Assembly: GCA_964035545.1 (NCBI GenBank)
Contig: OZ037765.1
Span: 8,380,698-8,444,697, forward strand
Length of the DNA: 64,000 nt
Source: Bugula neritina
Lineage: Eukaryota; Animalia; Bryozoa
Direction of reading: 5' to 3'
Part shown: positions 1 through 25,979 of the stretch, one piece after another
Layout: every line of letters starts with the position of its first letter
How positions within the stretch are numbered: the stretch's first letter is position 1
Made by a program: the position numbers and the translations under genes
The notes under the pieces: generated by a model
Database searches by the model: none
Seen by the model: the letters and a program-made list of their open reading frames with translations, nothing else
What the model was told of the DNA's origin: nothing

Positions 1-1889
1 TTAAAAAATCAAATTTAATATAGCATAATGCCACAAGAGGGGGTAGCATAAGCACTAAATAAAATACAGCAATAATATTACCGAACCCATTTATGAACTG
101 CAGCAAATGATAAATTAATTACTTTCCACAGCAAAATTTAAAAAACTTACCAACACAGTACCTAGATTACCAGAAATACAGATTTGCTTTGAAATATTAT
201 TTTTAAACACAAAATTTATCAGCAGTTATTAGGATACTGAAAGGTAATAATGTGACAGCTAAAAAATGGATAAAAAATGAAAATGTGTACAAAATGCACT
301 ACAAACCACAAAAATGTTATTGGAGGCTTACAGCTGGCCACAAAAAATGACAAAAAGTTTTCTCATTTGCATCAAAAAATCATGCAGTGCTTACTTTTTT
401 TCAATTCAAGCAGAACAGGTAAGAGGAGCCATAAAATTACTTCAAATTTAAATTCTAGTATCTGCAACCAACCTCTGAGGTTAGACATATTTTTTATTAG
501 AACTGCGTGGAAGTTAAATGGTTAGAACGTACTGAGCCCCAACCAAAATTCATTGCTAGCAGCCCTTAACTATAAAAAGTTACAGCAAACTTGGTTAGCT
601 AATTTACACCTCAGAAAGGCAATTCTGCTACATTATATCTAGAACACTGAAGACTGAGACCTCACTTACAATAATATTGTCAGGCAAGGGTTACTTTTAT
701 AATAGCTTTAAGCTTTCTTCATTTAAATTCCTTTAAAGATGCATTAAGTTCACGTTAGTAGCAAGAGGCTTTTAGCAAATGAACCATGGCACTAAATACC
801 TTTGATTAAATTCAACTTGAGGAAAAGGTGATATTGGCTCATCAAATTACCGTAAGAGAAACAATGTTGCATTTACACACACCACTGCTTACAATATGAA
901 TGCACCATTACCTCTATTTTATTTAATTGTAAAATTAATAAATATTTTGATCAAAGTAATTTAGTACCTCACGTTAGACTCTATCAGTATACATAGTTAT
1001 TTTATTATTCACAGGTTATAGACAAACGTAGATAAAATAAAATGGTAATTTTTTATATCGAAAGCTTACTATTTGTATTTCATTATATTCAAACATGCTG
1101 CTTTTCACTACCATTATTGCACTAACACCATATTACTATATTGTTTTTTTACACCCCAAACTACTTGTGTTGTTTATAGCATTCACTAACTTGTGAGAAT
1201 AATTTTCAACATGCTGCTGAAAAATTATAAAGTATAGTTTTTTTAAAAGCTATAGCTATAAGGGACACAAAACACAATTCAAGTTAGCAGGTAGCTGTAA
1301 TTGAAATTTGCACTCAATTTATGCTCAAGAAAGGAGAATAATAAGTATACTTATTATGCGGAACACTAAAACTGTTCAATTATGCTTTTCTCACTTTTTA
1401 CTCATCATTTAAATGAGTAAGTGCATGTGATTTCAATAAAAAACTATTTTAGCTGCAATGCTGACATGCATAGAGCGATGGCAAAACGTTAACTCAAGCT
1501 TATTAAATAGATACATGATTCCCAGAGTTGACAATCAATTGTGTTAAAATTGATAAGGTTTTATCTTAGCTTTAAAAAAATTACAGCAACCCTCACTACA
1601 GTGGCACTGACTAAAGATTAATAAATCACAACCTCAATCCCTTGTTGATCACATTTACTAATGCTATGGAATTGAAATGTATTGTGATAACAAAATTCAC
1701 ACATCTCACCATTACTTATAAATATACCAATACTAATTAGTTTGATGCTTAGCCTCTTAATTATAGCTGCTTTTACCTCATTTGAGTCATATACATTGCC
1801 AGTAAGACTGTGAATACAAATCACCTTCCTATGATTTCTAATCTTGGTTGCGTAGCCAAGCCCATAATTATATTAATGGTTTATTGCTT

Positions 1890-3030
1890 TCATGATTATT
1901 ATCGTGTTGAAAATTTCACCATGACTATGATTATAGTAGTTTTAAATTGTCATGAAGATGGATCTTTATTTAGATTATTTATTAATTTCAACTCATTTAG
2001 CCACACTCATACTAATTTATTTTCATTAGCTGGTATTCATATTGTGACAATCAATATCATAGTTTAGGTTGAGTTTCTGTTATTCAGCTTTATATTTACA
2101 GTTAGTATTATATTTTATTACCATTGCTGTTGTCATTAACTCCACTTCGCCAGCATCCACACTTACTGTAACATTAACTTTGAGTGACTGTCTAAATTAT
2201 TGTACAAGTCATTCTGATGTTAACTGACACAGAGTATTACGTAGATTTAGATAGTAAGATACATTCTGACTGCCATTATAATTATTCATCTAGTTATTTA
2301 TATCCATTTTCAGTTTCAAGCTGACTTCTCACTTCGACTTTAACTAAGCTTGAAGTTGAGTCTTCGCTTGTCCAAATTAAAACAGTAACTTGCTAAAAAC
2401 TTTCCACCACTGACAAACTGCTGAGTTTTACTAATGCTAATACTAAAAGTAAGTGAGTAACAGTGGTAGTAATAGTAATATTAATAGTAATAATAATAAT
2501 TAACTATTTATTTTAAATCACGCCCCTTAAAGTTAGAGTTGGTAAATCCAAACCGATTAAGTTGAAGTTTTCAGAATTATTCAAAGATATTGAAATTCAC
2601 TTTGAAATTGAATCTGTAGTTCACCATCTGATCAACTTTATGATTATCAAGCAATTGTCATTCACACTGATTTTGAATTATGATTAATCTAATAGTAATA
2701 CTAATACTAATGGTAATTGAACTATCACTATCACTATGATAACATTCTGAACATGATATTGATATTTAACTTGAATTTTATAGTTATACTAATAGTAATA
2801 GTAATACTGATATATTTATTTTATTTATATCATAATTATAAAATACAATAATTAAATTTATTATTTAGTTTTAGTTCAACAATTATAAAATTAAATAAAT
2901 TAATAATACTTATAGCTATACTAATAGTAATACTAATACTAATAGTAATACTAATACTAATAACAATAGTTTAACTTCAAGTTTATAATATTATTATAAT
3001 TATTATTAAATTTAATAATTCAAGTTTTCA
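1890..3030. repeat. Low-complexity triplet/hexamer-periodic tract (TAATAG/TAATAC, TGA/TCA variants) in MRPL15 intron 1
   Basis: For example ctaatagtaatactaatactaatagtaatactaatactaa at about 2921-2960 and gtagtaatagtaatattaatagtaataataat at about 2466-2500; boundaries approximate. Confidence 0.75.
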
Positions 3031-3125
3031 CCCATTTTAAAATCTAGAACTATACAGATAGACAAAAATTTTACAAATTAAAGTATTAAAAAATACAGTA
3101 TTTACAAACTTTAATAAATAATTAC

Positions 3126-3209
3126 CGGTGGAACTCGGGGTTTTATGTTGTTTAGGGCAATTCTTGGAAAAGTTCTCAATAGTTTCAATGCGTCCTTGGT
3201 AGTCGCCAT
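3126..3209 (-). CDS. MRPL15: Mitochondrial ribosomal protein L15 (uL15m)-like, first coding exon only
   Basis: Minus strand aaacATGGCG...CCACCG|gtaatt gives MATTKDALKLLRTFPRIALNNIKPRVPP (28 codons, phase-0 donor). This matches the MRPL15 N-terminal signature AL.LLR.LPRV.L.N..P as I recall it. It is in a different frame from track ORF 3037..3348. No later exon was recognised in 1..3125. Confidence 0.78.
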
Positions 3210-6200
3210 GTTTGGTTAGACCACAATGCATTTTTACACAGGAAGTAACACTAACTGTATCTGAATTTGGTGCATAACAACAAAGAGGTTTGTCCAGATA
3301 TCGGTGGGTGCAAGGTTCTGCGTGCAAGATGTAGACGCAATTAAGCACCCCAGAGCCTCACATGATACATAATATTTATTTATTATTATTATTACTTAAC
3401 TGGAATATACAGTTCATTTTTGTATTTATCTTCAGCAACTTGTGAGTAAAGAAGCACTTTAGTTGTCAATTCCACTTGACTGTGATAGTAATTAACAGCT
3501 CAAATTACAATTCTTTAATTTGTAGCATAACCTTTTATGTGGCCAAAAGGTACTGCAATCCTTTGACTTTTTTAAATTTGCCTTTCATTATCATGTTGCT
3601 GCACCTTAATATTGCGATTTCACCTAAAATAACATAATAGCACTTTTTACTCTAAAAAGCCCAAAAGGAAAAATATCTGAATAGGTAGGTATCTAAAAAA
3701 AATATTACAAAAAGAATTGAAAAAAGAAACCAGTTGAACATGCTCTTCAATTGTGATTGTGATTATTCCCACTAATCTCTAATATAATAAGTGATATATA
3801 TTGGTAATTCAAGTTCAAAACAATGTTTCATTTTTCAAACAGTTTTGACAAATATGTGAGAACAGCATCCATGTCATCATGAATTCAAAAACCTTCAAAC
3901 TTTCTAATTAAACCTGTATGATAACTTGGTAATAATTTATTGCTAGAGATAAACCAATTGTCTTGCAATGTAAATATACACTCCTGGGTAGGTATCAAAA
4001 AGAACCCTATAGCTCTTAGCTAACTTCACAGAATTATAAGATATTTCAACTTTATTTTTAGGTCCAAGAACTAAAACAAGCACTCTGTGCAACCATGTAA
4101 GAAATTTCAAAAAGTATGGTATAATAATATTTCTTTAAACTGAACATAGCTGTGAGCTAATTTAACACTGGTTCTAACAAATTTTCAAATTATTACAATG
4201 AACTTAAAAAGTTTAGGTAAAATATTCCAACAGCTTTTACAATTCAAATACATATTATTAAATGAAAGTAAAAAATTAATTACACATTAACAAACAAGTA
4301 CAAAAAGCAAAATTAAGGTTTCTGATATTGCCTAACCATTCAAACAAGTATTTCATTTATTTAACAACACAAACTGCATTCATGTAGCAAACCACTTTGC
4401 ATAGGAAAATACAAACACGTAGCCCTAAGCAATTTTCAGGCAAGTTATTAGACTTTAAACTAAGACTTGCAGCTATGCATAATTTTTTCCTGAAGCTACC
4501 ATTTAAAAATTGAAGACTATCTACAATTGAGAGATTGTGTAATGGATATAAAAGTACACTTATTGTAATGTTTTCAGTAATTCATCTAGACTGTCAAAAA
4601 CGTTTGCAAACGTACAGAGCATATCTTATCTAATTGAAAATTATACAAAAATTTCACTTAAAATAACTCAATAAAATTTATTTCAATAACAAAATAATGT
4701 TTTTTTTCAGCACATAAGCTAACGTAACTGACATTTAAGAAAGTTTTAAGAAACCAAATATTTTTTTCATAATAGATCTTCCATAATTTTAAAGCTACAA
4801 GTTCGCTAATCTACAATGTAAAAACAGTGTATCTAAAATGCACATAAATAGCCTCTTTTTGGAATACAAATTTTGCTCAAAGTTTTTGAACATCATTGAG
4901 ATTCGTACACATAGAGTCGACCTTCTTCTTGGAGACTTTAAATAGCCATGGGTTGCACATCGCAATACTTGAAAGCAATTCATATTGACAGCGAGTGCAT
5001 TCTAAATCAGTCTACTTTTTATGCCATTAATAGTCTACATCATGTATTCATACTCGCTTCAAATATGGCCTCTAAGCAATGTCGATCTCTCGTCTCCCCC
5101 TTTTTTGTGTAGACACACATATCTACATTATAAGAAAATGTTGAATTTAACAAAAGAATATGGCTATTAAATGCTACTTTTTAAATATCAAAGATAATTT
5201 TCGATATGAAATGGAGACATCTCAGTGCGCAAATAGACTTTGTGTGTTTAGATGTCAAGCATCCTTTTAGGTCTCTATAAGAAACAATTAGCTCACAGCT
5301 CAATGGCGGCTAGACACATAACCTGAGGAAGTACGCGCTTTTACGTCCATCATTCGAAACATTATTTTCTAAAGTAGGTATGCATATATTACTATATTAA
5401 TAGATGTATATGTCTTGCAAATTTGTTTACATATGTACATTAGTAAAATAAAGTATAATAAACTCTCGTAGATAATTATTTTACGCAGAAAAATAATATT
5501 CATATTTCATTATGCTAATAACATGTTTGATGACAAGTTTTGCCTTGAAGCTAAAAATTTTAGCATTTTATAACAAAATTGCTCAATATAATTGTTGGCC
5601 TCAATTTAATAAAATTTCTATCTTTCTATCTTGGCAGACAAAAGGCATAGAAGGTTTAAAATAAATCGATAATATATGGCGTCATTTTCTCTGTCTAAAC
5701 GCTTCATAAAACAATATGTTTAATTTAGCTGTTTGATATATTTATAGAAATAGTATGCCCAAGTACACTAGACAATGTTATTCTATTATTAGTCTTTTTA
5801 AAATAAAAAATTATTAATACAGAGAGCGGTTACTGCAGTTTTATATGCTTTGCAGCTAATCCTAAGTTATTGTATGCTGATTGCCTAACCCTAATAACAA
5901 TTTCGGGTATAGTTATGCAAGAAATTATTGTAAGCATTTTTTTAAAAAATGGTGCTGTTAGTTTGATAGTACAGGTTTTTATTGTATTGGCAAGGTATCA
6001 TCTATTGAACTTTTTCAACTACATCATTAGCAAATTGAATGAAGTTAGCATAATGATCTTTTCAAACATTTGTTAACACATTGTAATTTTAACAATGAAG
6101 TAAATACTCCTATTCAATGCTGTATTACCTTTTTATCCTTTTTTAGATCTGCATGAAAATAAATATGGCTGCCATTACTAAAAACTAGGCATGCTCTTTC

Positions 6201-7164
6201 AACTACTTATATAGTTCATAATCGTGTTAAAATCTTGAAATAAATGTGGTGACTTTTGTCAACTGCGCTAAGTGATAATTGCCATAGAACTTTATAAAGT
6301 CATTTTCAATTTAGTTTTTGTTGCCAGAGGCCAATATTTCTATCTTATGCCTTCTGCGCCTCATGTCAATCAATAATTCTACTTTTTCGCGTCTAGTCTA
6401 CATCGCTGTGATTTGGCGATTAAAAAAGATAATATATAAGACAAAACAGGTACACATATACAAAACCATAAAGCTATTTGTTACTATTTTAATTTCAGCA
6501 ATTATGGTTTGTAAATACAACTTTAATTGGTCCAACTGCCATTAACCTATTGTTTCTCAAATAAATTCGATGCTCAAGCTCTTTGTTTAATTAGTCTAAT
6601 TTGGACCATTATGACTGATCCCGCCTCTTCTCTTCACAGTTCAAGGCAACTCCAAAGTCGCCTATATTTTAGATGCTTCATATTCATTGGTTACTTCACT
6701 TAGATATTATATGCATATTCGTACTTAGTAAAACATGACTTTAAGATCTTATTTCTTTGTGCCAAATGTACAGCCCCGGGATATATGTGTACATTTGTCT
6801 ACAACGTAGTCATTTAGCCTGATAGCTCAATTTGTTCCATTTAAGTTAATGATTGTCGGCTCGGAACGCATATTGACTTAGATTGCTGTGGGGCAGGTAG
6901 GTGGTTCTCTTCACTCAACACCTACTAGCACTTATCTCGTCTTAGTATACGCATATTGTGAACGAATCGTAGTATCATTTTCAGAATCGTTTTTATAACA
7001 TTAATATAAATAGCTGGCAGCCATTTTGTCTTATAGCCACATATACTGCTTCGTCACAATGCGATTCCTTCATTAGTACCGTCCACAGCGGCGCAGCAGT
7101 GCAGTAAGCTAAACTTCTAGTAATAGTAAATTGTCAGCGGTAGTGTTGAGTTGAACCTAAACAA

Positions 7165-22250
<15,086 letters not shown>

Positions 22251-23700
22251 GATAATAAGAATTATAATTGAAATAGTCATGTAATAACAGATGTTTGGTA
22301 AAAATCTCATGCTTATAAATGTTATAAAAGAATATATCTCATGAAACTGTATTGTAACATTTGCATAATTTCATATAAGGGTATTTGGGGAGCTTTTACC
22401 AAATCTGGCAAATAGCAGTAAAGTATTTGTGGAAGTTGTACCAAGACGGTTTATGTATATTACCTTGCTTTTTAAATTGTTAAGTCATTAGATAGAATTA
22501 TGGCAATATTTATTGGGAATAGTTAAATAATTTTATTGTTTATATTTTCTTTGGTTTGACTGCTGATTAAAAACGTTTCAACTTAAATATTAAATACAAA
22601 TTTATTTTTCAATGTATACAGACGACAATATTATTAAAGACTTATATTGATGAACATATATTATAGGAAGCTGCTGATGGAAATGTTAAATTACCATTTA
22701 GGGAACTATACTTTAAAAGAGTAAAAATGATAAAGTAGCTGTTCCTAGATAAGTCATGTATTGTAAATACTCATGTACTTGTTATATTAGAGCTTGCAGC
22801 AAGATGTTATGTAATTGAGAATAAGATCAATTGAATTATTGGAACATTTTGTTGCTGCACTGGTTATTGTTATGCACTAATTTCATTGCACATCTCTGCA
22901 AAGATGGTGTTTATTTTATCACTTGTGTATTGTATAGATACTATAAATGTTATAATGAAACTTATGTACTGTTGGTGGCATTGATCAATTTTAAAATTTC
23001 AGTTTTTTTCTTTTTGAAAATATGTCTTGTTTTTTTTTATTAAAACCTTTAGCATTGTAAAAATCAAACTGAACTTTGTAAATTGTTGAAATTGTAAAAA
23101 CAATATAAAAAATGGACAGCTTTCAGTTACCTCATACTAACATTGAAGTAAGTTTCTTTTGCAAAAGCATATCATCAGAATTAAAAAGCTGTATGTAAAA
23201 TGTATAAAAAATTATTATAACCTAACAAGATTTACAGTAATTTCAGCTAAAATAAAAACATTTTTGCTGCACTACACTTAATGATGTGCAGTAAAAGGCC
23301 AACTCCTTATATATTTTTGCTATAAATATATACTTTATTATTAGTTTGAGTAATGTACAAACTTGTACTAGTATAGATTTATTTCCAACATAACAAGTTA
23401 AAGCTTGAGTTTGCAGCTAGCATTTTCGATGATAAAGACGATAATAATAATAATGTTTCTAATGTTTTGTCGGTGAATATAGTAATATTTATTCAATTTT
23501 TTTTCTTGTTAACTTATCATAAACAGTATACTTGAAGAACTTTCAAATATATGTTGTTATATAAATCTGCTATTAACCCAAGGGGACAAGTATACTAGAA
23601 TTCTAGAAGTATAAATTTTCAGCTCTTTCTTTCCAACTCCAATTCAAGACTTTGCTTGGGCATTTTATCATTAAACAACTACCTTTTGAATTAAACAACT

Positions 23701-24051
23701 GTATTCGTAAAATTGGCACAGATAAAAATGGCACAGGTAATAAGGGCACAGGTAATAATGGCACTAATAGAAAAGTAGGTAAAAATGGAACACTGATGTT
23801 GAATCTTCCCAAAGCCCAAACCCACACCAACCATCTAAAACTCAGGCGCTCAACTCTTAAACCCAATCTCAAACTCAAACTCCCATCCCCAAACCTAAAC
23901 CTCGCTTTCAAACCTCTAACCACTCAAACCCTAATATTGAAAATGTGCCATTTTTACCCACTTTGCCATTTGTGCCATTATTACCTGTGCCATATTATCT
24001 GTGCCCTTATTATCTGTGACATTTTCATCTGCGCCATTTTTGTCTAAGATC
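23701..24051. mobile_element. Foldback/MITE-like non-autonomous element with modular inverted arms
   Basis: The left arm is tandem about 15-nt units (aaaatggcacaggta) and the right arm is its reverse complement (tacctgtgccatatt...). The core is degenerate CCCTAA/CCCAAA-like hexamers. Exact ends uncertain. Confidence 0.8.
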
Positions 24052-24399
24052 AACTATATTATTATTTCTACTTTTAGGTAAAAACACAACTACATATATA
24101 ATAATACTAATTAATAGTAAATTTTAGTAATCCGGCGGTTAGTTACGACGAATAAGGTTAACTTGAGTTGTCTTCTCATTGCGGCAAGGTTGCGTGAAGA
24201 CTGAGCTACTCAAATAATTTTAACCGTGTGGGTTGAAAAAATAAACAATGCTAACCTTGGATACATTATTATTCACTATAATATTATCGCCACAAGATGA
24301 TTTTAATATCGGGTTATTTGCTAAATGCCCTACTCAAACCCAATTTTTTTATTTTTATAAAATGAAAATAATGATCATGGTGTTGTCACAATCACAATG

Positions 24400-25520
24400 T
24401 TATTAATTAATTAATTGTGTCTTGTAAACAGTATCAGTATGTTAATAATTGCTAGTTGGTAATTACTAATACTAATAGTAATTACTATTAGTAAATTACT
24501 ATTAGTATTACTATTAGTATTAGTAAAACTAAATAGTAAATAGCCTTACTCTTACTCTTAGACTAATAATATAAATACTAAATAGTTAATACAGATACTA
24601 TCGTATCAGGACCACTATCAGTATAACTATGAGTATCAGTATGAGTATGCTGTAAGTGTAAGTTAAAGTGAAAGTATATCAGTATGACTATCAGTATCAC
24701 TATGAATATGATTATGAGACATTAGTATCTGTTAAACTTCCAGCCAATAAAACCTTGGACCTACTCCTTGTCCTGGCACTGGCAGTACTACTAGTACTAC
24801 TACTACTTCTACTAGTACTACTACTACTAGTAGTAGTAGTACTAGTAGTTATAGTAGTACTAACATTATGATTAAGTCTAACAGTAACACTCACGTCTCC
24901 CAGACACAATAACACTAATACTAATAGTAACTCAAACTGTGGATATATTTACTAGTACAGTAGTAGTAATACTAATACTAATAGTAATAGCAATACTAAT
25001 AGTATTACTAAGTCTAATAGTAATAGTAATACTAATGCTAAGTCTAATACTAATAGTAAAGTAATACACCTACAGACTACAGTCTACAGTAAATCACTTT
25101 TACTCTTATAGTATTACTTATATTTATAGTATAAATATATTTATTAATTATTATTACTACTACTATAACTAGTACTCTCAGTCTCACTCTGTACTGTGTA
25201 GGCGTAGTAGAACTAGAAGTACTAGTAGTATAAATACGTAAAATTAAAATATGAATGCATTAGCAATAACTATTATGATCAGACAATAAGTATTACTTTA
25301 TCTATACAGTCATACTCATACTGACACTGATGGTTATACTAATTTAAATGCTAAGTTCAATAATTAAGGTTATACTAAATCTAATAATTATAATATTATG
25401 CTATTACTATTAGTAGTACTAATAGTAATACGTCAGGTATGAATATAACTAGTATAACTTATAATTATTACTGTAACTATTAGACTTAGTATTACTATTA
25501 CTCTTAGTATTACTATGCTT
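24400..25520. repeat. Low-complexity TAG/TAC/TAA-periodic tract upstream of the TUT1-like coding region
   Basis: For example gtactactagtactactactacttctactagtactactactactagtagtagtagt at about 24785-24840, plus several (taatag/taatac)n and (gagtat/cagtat)n blocks. Confidence 0.85.
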
Positions 25521-25979
25521 CTATATTTGTACATTAAGTGTGTGCTATGAAAAAAGAGTTGTACAGCTATCATTCATTGAAGTTGCATAATATATCATCC
25601 CATTACTGATTATTAACTATTTGCTAGTAAAATTCTTTCTGATTGATTATGAATTTTGGGCGTGTTATAATTATTGGTATACTATTTGTATATGCCAGCA
25701 ATAAATGTAATTAAAGAAATAAAACGATTTTTTGTTTTATTCTCATTATAACTTTTTTCAGTTAGGAATTGTAAAACAATGTCACTGTGGCCATACTATT
25801 ATTAAATAAAATGATCATAATATGTTTTTGAGCAAATTATACAATAAAAGAAATGTTGGTGGTATTCATGCAATGGAACTTTACTGTAGAAGAGTATTTT
25901 TGTAGAAAATGATTGGCTACAATTCTAGGAATTATAAATTACACACGTTTTGTAGATAGTTATAGATTGCTCATTCACG

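Noticed and set aside
790-1870. Possible MRPL15 downstream exons near 800-860, 1632-1665 and 1825-1865
   Set aside because: Donor-like sites exist, but the translations lack the expected Gly/Arg-rich and G[FY]E.G.TPFY motifs.
3037-3348. 103-aa minus-strand ORF
   Set aside because: No recognisable protein and a non-ATG start; the MRPL15-like exon lies in a different frame inside it.
23706-23790. CRISPR-like repeated units
   Set aside because: Units are adjacent with no unique spacers, are mirrored as inverted arms, and the context is eukaryotic with no cas genes.
23603-24047. Overlapping 106-aa and 131-aa ORFs
   Set aside because: By-products of the 15-nt and 6-nt repeat units of the foldback element.
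24668-24915. Poly-Leu/Val and poly-Ser/Thr ORFs
   Set aside because: Translations of the (CTA/GTA)n low-complexity tract, with non-ATG starts.
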